DNA from: Lachnospiraceae bacterium
Lineage (GTDB): Bacteria; Bacillota; Clostridia; Lachnospirales; Lachnospiraceae
Direction of reading: 5' to 3'
Length of the DNA stretch: 64,000 bases
NCBI GenBank assembly: GCA_017540265.1
Contig: JAFYBJ010000008.1
Span: forward strand, 8,109-72,108
Positions within the stretch are counted from its first letter, which is position 1. Every line of letters begins with the position of its first letter. This document shows positions 59,256 through 64,000 of the stretch, one piece after another. Made by a program: the position numbers and the translations under genes. The notes under the pieces are model-generated. The model searched no databases. It saw nothing but the letters and a program-made list of their open reading frames with translations, and had not been told where the DNA came from.

Positions 59256-60902
59256 TCAGGGCTTTCTGTATCTCATCACCCTGGCCTCATAAGGCGCAAG
59301 GGTAAACTGTGCCCTTACTCCGGAATAATTACAGAGCACCTGTTCCATACGCACGCCCTTTAAACCTCCCGGCAGCTTAAAATCCGCCGTATGCTTTGAA
59401 AAAGAACATATGATGAGATAATGTACATCCTTAAAGCTCCTCTCATACATATATATTTTCTCATCCGCCGGAAAATATTCCCTGTAGGAACCAAATAAGA
59501 GAGTGCGGCTTTGCTTTCTTAGCTTTAAGCATTTCCTGTAAAAATTAAGCAGGCTCTGCTCATTTTTTTCCTCGCTTTCCACATTCACATCCCTGTAATT
59601 CTTATTTATAAAAAACCAGGGGCGGTGCGTCGAAAAGCCCGCATACTTTCCGCCTGTCCACTGCATTGGCGTCCTCGAGGAATCGCGGCTTGAGAAATGT
59701 ATGCGTTTTAGCCTTCTTTCCAGACTGTCCTTTAAATTAAATCTGTAGAAATTATTCTTTGAGGAAACATCCGCATAGTTCTCGATATTCTTAAGCCTTA
59801 TATTGGTCATGCCTATCTCCTGGCCCTGATATATAAAAGGAGTTCCTTTAAGAAAGAGATAGCTTGCCGCAAGTGAAGAACCGCTTTCATAGCGGTATCT
59901 CTCATCACCGTACCTGCTTATGATCCTCGGATGGTCATGGTTTTCTATATACAGGGCATTCCAGGCCTTTCCCTCAAGCCCTTTCTGCCATTTTGTAAGA
60001 GCTTTTTTGTAACGGCTCAGTTTAAAAGGTCTGTGGAGATATTCCGTATAAAAACAATCCGCCATCATATGATCAAAAGAAAACATCATATCAAGACTCT
60101 TTTCGGGACCGTAGAGATATTTCAAAGCGGTGGGCAGGGTAGTAAAAGGTCCTTCACCTACCTGCATGCAGCCCCGCTCCTCGCAAACACCCCTGAATTC
60201 CCTCATGTATTCATGTATGTGCGGACCGTCCTTATAATACGGAATACCGTTTATAACCGGTAAAAAAGGCAGACCGTCGGGAAGCCCTTCCTTCTTCGAT
60301 ATGAAATTGATCACATCTTCCCTGAAGCCGTCCACACCAAGATCCATCCAGAAGCGGAGTATATTCTTTACCTCTTCCCTGACCTTCGGATTGTCCATAT
60401 TAAGATCCGGCTGCTTTTTGGCAAAGAGATGGAGATAGTACTGCCCTCTTGATTCATCATATTCCCAGGCTTTGCCTTCAAGTATGGAATCCCAGTTGTT
60501 CGGTTTGTCCCGCCATATATAATAATCGCTGTAGGGATTATCCTTCCCCTTTCTGCTTTCCTTAAACCACTTATGTTCATCCGAGGTATGGTTTATCACC
60601 AGATCCATTATGATCTTAAGCCCCAGCAGGTGAGCTTTATCAAGCACTTTTTTAAAATCATCGAGCGTGCCATACTCCGGGTCAATGTCCGTATAATCCG
60701 AGATATCATATCCAAAATCCGCTTTGGGTGAGGGATATATGGGTGAAAACCATATACCGTCCACATTAAGGCTTTTAATATATTCAAGCTTTTCATATAC
60801 GCCCTTAAGATCACCTATGCCGTCTCCGTTGCCATCCTTAAAGGATCGTATCCATATCTGGTAAAAAGCCATAGGCTTATACCAGTCTGTTTTCTTATTC
60901 AT
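59256..60902 (-). CDS. GH13 alpha-glucosidase / oligo-1,6-glucosidase-like
   Basis: DGNGDGIGDL, DLVINHTS, QPDLN, GFREDVI, VGEG, ENHD. Confidence 0.92.
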   Translation of the reverse strand: MNKKTDWYKPMAFYQIWIRSFKDGNGDGIGDLKGVYEKLEYIKSLNVDGIWFSPIYPSPKADFGYDISDYTDIDPEYGTLDDFKKVLDKAHLLGLKIIMDLVINHTSDEHKWFKESRKGKDNPYSDYYIWRDKPNNWDSILEGKAWEYDESRGQYYLHLFAKKQPDLNMDNPKVREEVKNILRFWMDLGVDGFREDVINFISKKEGLPDGLPFLPVINGIPYYKDGPHIHEYMREFRGVCEERGCMQVGEGPFTTLPTALKYLYGPEKSLDMMFSFDHMMADCFYTEYLHRPFKLSRYKKALTKWQKGLEGKAWNALYIENHDHPRIISRYGDERYRYESGSSLAASYLFLKGTPFIYQGQEIGMTNIRLKNIENYADVSSKNNFYRFNLKDSLERRLKRIHFSSRDSSRTPMQWTGGKYAGFSTHRPWFFINKNYRDVNVESEEKNEQSLLNFYRKCLKLRKQSRTLLFGSYREYFPADEKIYMYERSFKDVHYLIICSFSKHTADFKLPGGLKGVRMEQVLCNYSGVRAQFTLAPYEARVMRYRKP

Positions 60903-62409
60903 CTTTTCCACCGTTTAATTCCTTAAGCTTTCCCTCAAAACCTTCACGGAAGCCCTCCTTAAGATTTTCCTTCATCTCATGCAGATTTTCACGGCTCTTC
61001 TCTATCATCCGCTCCCCTGCCTGTTCTATTCCTTCTATCAGGCCGTAAACATTATCCTCCATCCCTTCATAGACAGCCCTTGGAAATTCAAGGATCTTTG
61101 ATGTGGATTTAACAAAACTATCACCTATTTCATAGAATCCCTCAGAAAGCTTTTCGTGGAAACGCATTGAATTTCTTCTGTCCAACTCCTCTTCATGGCG
61201 TTCCATGATCACGCCGTATCTGTCACAGGCGCTCTCTACAGCGCTCTCCCAGGAAATATAGATCTCCTCCATCGCCTTTTCCCCGACAGAAGCCATCCGT
61301 CCTTTATCCTTTGAAAGCTCCTTTAAAAGCGTTGCCATGGACTCAGGAGTCTCATCAATGATAAAACCGTTCCTTCCGTCCGTAATACCTTCCGCAGCGC
61401 AGGAATCTTTTATAAGCACGGCGGCCAGCCCGCAGGCAGCCGCCTCCCTTACCACAATGCCATTGGTATCATAGGTTGAAGGGAAAAGGAAAAGATCCGC
61501 TCTGGTATTCCATGCTTTTAAGATTTCCCTGTCATGCACGGCACCGGTGAATATGACCATTCCTTTTTTGCCTTCTGTTCCGGGAAAAACTTTCCTCTCC
61601 CCCCTCTCATCAAAAGTATCAAGTGTGATGCCGCTTTGCTTTATTTTCTCTTCCATGCCTGCTCTGTCAGCGCCGTCCCCCACAAATACCATACGGTAAT
61701 CCTCTCCCGCATCCGAGAGGATTGAAAGAGCATCGATTATAATAGGCAGGCCTTTATATTCCATCATCCTGCCCACAAAAAGAAATACAGGCAGCTTCTC
61801 AGGAAGATCAAAGCCTTCTGTCACTTCCCTTACTTTCGCCTCATCCGCCTTTCCCTTAGCGAAATCCACTCCGTTACTCACTACATGATAATCCCCTTCA
61901 TATCCCAGGCTCTTTAGATTTTCACCTGCTCCGCGGCTTACAGTCCACACCTCATCGCAGGCCGAGATGTTCGATACCAGAGCCTTTATGCTCTCTTTTT
62001 GTATGAACTTATCCTTTACGGCCCTGGCTATATCAACGTCAAATTTTGTATGATAGGTAAAAACTATGGGTGCATCTGTCTCATTACGCAGTATCCTTGC
62101 CATTACTGTGGATGCCACAGGACAGTGACTGTGAATGATATCCGGCGCGCTATCCGCCATTTCCCTTATAGCTTTCATGGCAAGAGGATTACCGGCCCTG
62201 TATCCCGCAACTATCCCTGTGGTGTCAAAGCTCTGATACGGTATCACCCTGTAAGGATATCCTTCATAAGATGCATCCGGATATCTCGGTGTTCCCACTA
62301 TCACATCCGCCAGTTTTTTCTCAGTCATGACAGACGCATAATTCATCACTACATTTGCCACCCCGTCTATAACGGGAGGAAAGGAATCATTCAAAAGACA
62401 TACGTTCAT
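60895..62409 (-). CDS. GT4 glycosyltransferase, resembling monoglucosyl-DAG synthases, with a C-terminal helical extension
   Basis: NDSFPPVIDGVA, FTYHT, FVGR..EYKG, DTNGIVVREAAACG. Confidence 0.85.
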   Translation of the reverse strand: MNVCLLNDSFPPVIDGVANVVMNYASVMTEKKLADVIVGTPRYPDASYEGYPYRVIPYQSFDTTGIVAGYRAGNPLAMKAIREMADSAPDIIHSHCPVASTVMARILRNETDAPIVFTYHTKFDVDIARAVKDKFIQKESIKALVSNISACDEVWTVSRGAGENLKSLGYEGDYHVVSNGVDFAKGKADEAKVREVTEGFDLPEKLPVFLFVGRMMEYKGLPIIIDALSILSDAGEDYRMVFVGDGADRAGMEEKIKQSGITLDTFDERGERKVFPGTEGKKGMVIFTGAVHDREILKAWNTRADLFLFPSTYDTNGIVVREAAACGLAAVLIKDSCAAEGITDGRNGFIIDETPESMATLLKELSKDKGRMASVGEKAMEEIYISWESAVESACDRYGVIMERHEEELDRRNSMRFHEKLSEGFYEIGDSFVKSTSKILEFPRAVYEGMEDNVYGLIEGIEQAGERMIEKSRENLHEMKENLKEGFREGFEGKLKELNGGKDE

Positions 62410-62425
62410 ATCCACCTCACAAATG

Positions 62426-62453
62426 AAAAAGCGCACCCTGATAAAGGATGCGC
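62426..62453 (-). terminator. terminator after the RidA-family gene
   Basis: GCGCATCCT/AGGGTGCGC stem plus T5. Confidence 0.65.
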
Positions 62454-62465
62454 CTTAAAATATTA

Positions 62466-62840
62466 TTATTTAAGATAAGCTGTCACTTCCACCTCGCATA
62501 AAGCACCCTTGGGAAGATCCTTTACCGCCACACAGCTCCTTGCCGGGCTGCTTGTAAAATAATCCGCATATACGGCATTGAATGCTGCGAAATCTCCTAT
62601 ATCTGCAAGATAGCAGGTGGTCTTTACCACATGATCAAAATCGGTTCCTGCCGCCTTAAGTACCTCAGTCACATTCTTCATTACCTGCAGAGCCTGTGCC
62701 CTGATACCCACCCCGGTGATTTCTCCCGTCTCAGGGTCGATGGGGATCTGACCTGATGCAAAGAGCATATCCCCTGCAATGATCCCCTGAGAATAGGGAC
62801 CTATAGCTGCCGGTGCCTTGTCTGTGCTCACTACTTTCAT
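62466..62840 (-). CDS. ridA: RidA-family enamine deaminase
   Basis: APAAIGPYSQ, SGQIP, PARSCV, LPKGALCEVE. Confidence 0.92.
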   Translation of the reverse strand: MKVVSTDKAPAAIGPYSQGIIAGDMLFASGQIPIDPETGEITGVGIRAQALQVMKNVTEVLKAAGTDFDHVVKTTCYLADIGDFAAFNAVYADYFTSSPARSCVAVKDLPKGALCEVEVTAYLK

Positions 62841-62872
62841 AATGATACCTCCGTTTATATATAATATATTTT

Positions 62873-63115
62873 TTATACCGGTTCATCCTCGTCAAATTCC
62901 ACCTTGACGTAAAACCCTCCCGGCTTTTCCTCAATATCCCTTACTATTCCTTCCCTGCTCTTTAATCTTTCCCTGAAGAGAAAATTGGCGGACATGGCAA
63001 GTGAAGGATCAACCGTATAATAATAGCTCTGTGGCAGTACGCCTTCGGATATCTTTACCTTATCCCCGGGTTTTAAAAGTCCCTGCCGCTCCATTTTGAA
63101 ATCTATAAGTCTCAT
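62873..63115 (-). CDS. small hypothetical protein (beta-rich, possibly SH3-like)
   Basis: 80-aa ORF filling the gap between co-oriented genes, with a GGGTGA SD. Confidence 0.7.
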   Translation of the reverse strand: MRLIDFKMERQGLLKPGDKVKISEGVLPQSYYYTVDPSLAMSANFLFRERLKSREGIVRDIEEKPGGFYVKVEFDEDEPV

Positions 63116-63124
63116 ATCTCACCC

Positions 63125-63640
63125 CTATTTTTCAAAGCGGCATACAGGCTGATATTCCCCGAACCACTCCTTTTCACTTTCATCAAGAAGGGCGTATCCG
63201 GCTTTTTCAAATACCTTTTTAGCCTGTTCATTCACCGACCTCGGGCAGGCATAGATATTATCAACGGCAAAATGTTCCTTCCCAAATTCAGCTGCAGCCT
63301 TTGCTATCTGCGTACCGTAGCCCTTATTCTGATAAGGCTCGGCGATAAATATGCTTACCTGGATATTATAATCCTCCATCCGCTTAAATGCTATAGAGCC
63401 TATGAGCCTGTTTCCCTTTTTTAAGACTATGGCATAATGCACCGGCAGATGTTCAATCCTGTAATTACCTATGGCTATATCAAGATGCCTTTTTGTATCT
63501 TCAAGACTGTCAAAGATATCATTGGGTATCTCTTTGTGGCTGATCTGCCCCGAAAACCCATATACGGTTTCGGCGTCATCTTCCTTAAATCTTCTGACTG
63601 CAAGATCTTCAGTAACAAAGAGCAGGATATTGTTCTTCAT
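63125..63640 (-). CDS. GNAT (RimJ/RimL-type) acetyltransferase
   Basis: YQNKGYGT, N..AKKVFEKAGY. Confidence 0.88.
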   Translation of the reverse strand: MKNNILLFVTEDLAVRRFKEDDAETVYGFSGQISHKEIPNDIFDSLEDTKRHLDIAIGNYRIEHLPVHYAIVLKKGNRLIGSIAFKRMEDYNIQVSIFIAEPYQNKGYGTQIAKAAAEFGKEHFAVDNIYACPRSVNEQAKKVFEKAGYALLDESEKEWFGEYQPVCRFEK

Positions 63641-63641
63641 A

Positions 63642-64000
63642 TCAGCCCTCCATGAGCTTTTTCCATTCGTCCTTTATTGAACCGTCTTCGAAATAGTCTA
63701 TCCGCATCGCATTTCTTATCTCGGAAAGCGTAGCATTTGTGGTCTTTACGGCCTTTTCCGTGCCGGCACTTAAGATCTCATATACCTCATCCGTATGCTC
63801 TTCCCAGTATCTTCTCTTTTCTCTTATGGGCGCAAGGGTTTCCTCAAGCACATTTATGAGGAGCTTCTTGCATTTAACATCTCCCAGTCCGCCCTTCCTG
63901 TAATGATCTTTCATCTCATCCAGGCAGGTATAGTCAGGAAGGTACTTGGCAAAATGCTCATCCCTTGAGAAAGCATCCAGATAAGTAAATACCGCATTTC
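63642..64000 (-). CDS. trpS: tryptophanyl-tRNA synthetase, C-terminal part (5' end off the window)
   Basis: The frame continues to the window edge: NAVFTYLDAF...MKDHYRKGGLGDVKCKKLL...LAPIREKR. Confidence 0.9.
   Translation of the reverse strand, partial: NAVFTYLDAFSRDEHFAKYLPDYTCLDEMKDHYRKGGLGDVKCKKLLINVLEETLAPIREKRRYWEEHTDEVYEILSAGTEKAVKTTNATLSEIRNAMRIDYFEDGSIKDEWKKLMEG

Overview
Core-genome window of a low-GC Firmicute; gene order and protein styles suggest Lachnospiraceae (inference). Almost all genes lie on the minus strand. It contains the rpsB-tsf-pyrH-frr-uppS-cdsA-dxr-rseP-ispG-polC cluster, interrupted by two extra gene pairs (CE4 deacetylase + elongated bactofilin; PP2C + Ser/Thr kinase). 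It also has tRNA-Pro and tRNA-Gly, pheST, 6S RNA, an arg-his-radical SAM-RNase G run, argG, clpB with a perfect CIRCE, two soluble chemoreceptor loci, two GT-C-type membrane proteins, PPi-PFK, a GT4-GH13-DAG kinase cluster and the 3' end of trpS. I saw no IS, prophage or CRISPR array. The most unusual signals are a cytoplasmic protein with eight tandem SHOCT-like repeats next to a minimal chemoreceptor, the leaderless deacetylase-bactofilin module, a PolC with a degenerate PHP metal site, an RNase E/G apparently lacking its 5' sensor, an EF-Ts with an insertion and a possible glycolipid turnover module. All calls come from reading motifs by eye; no database searches were run.
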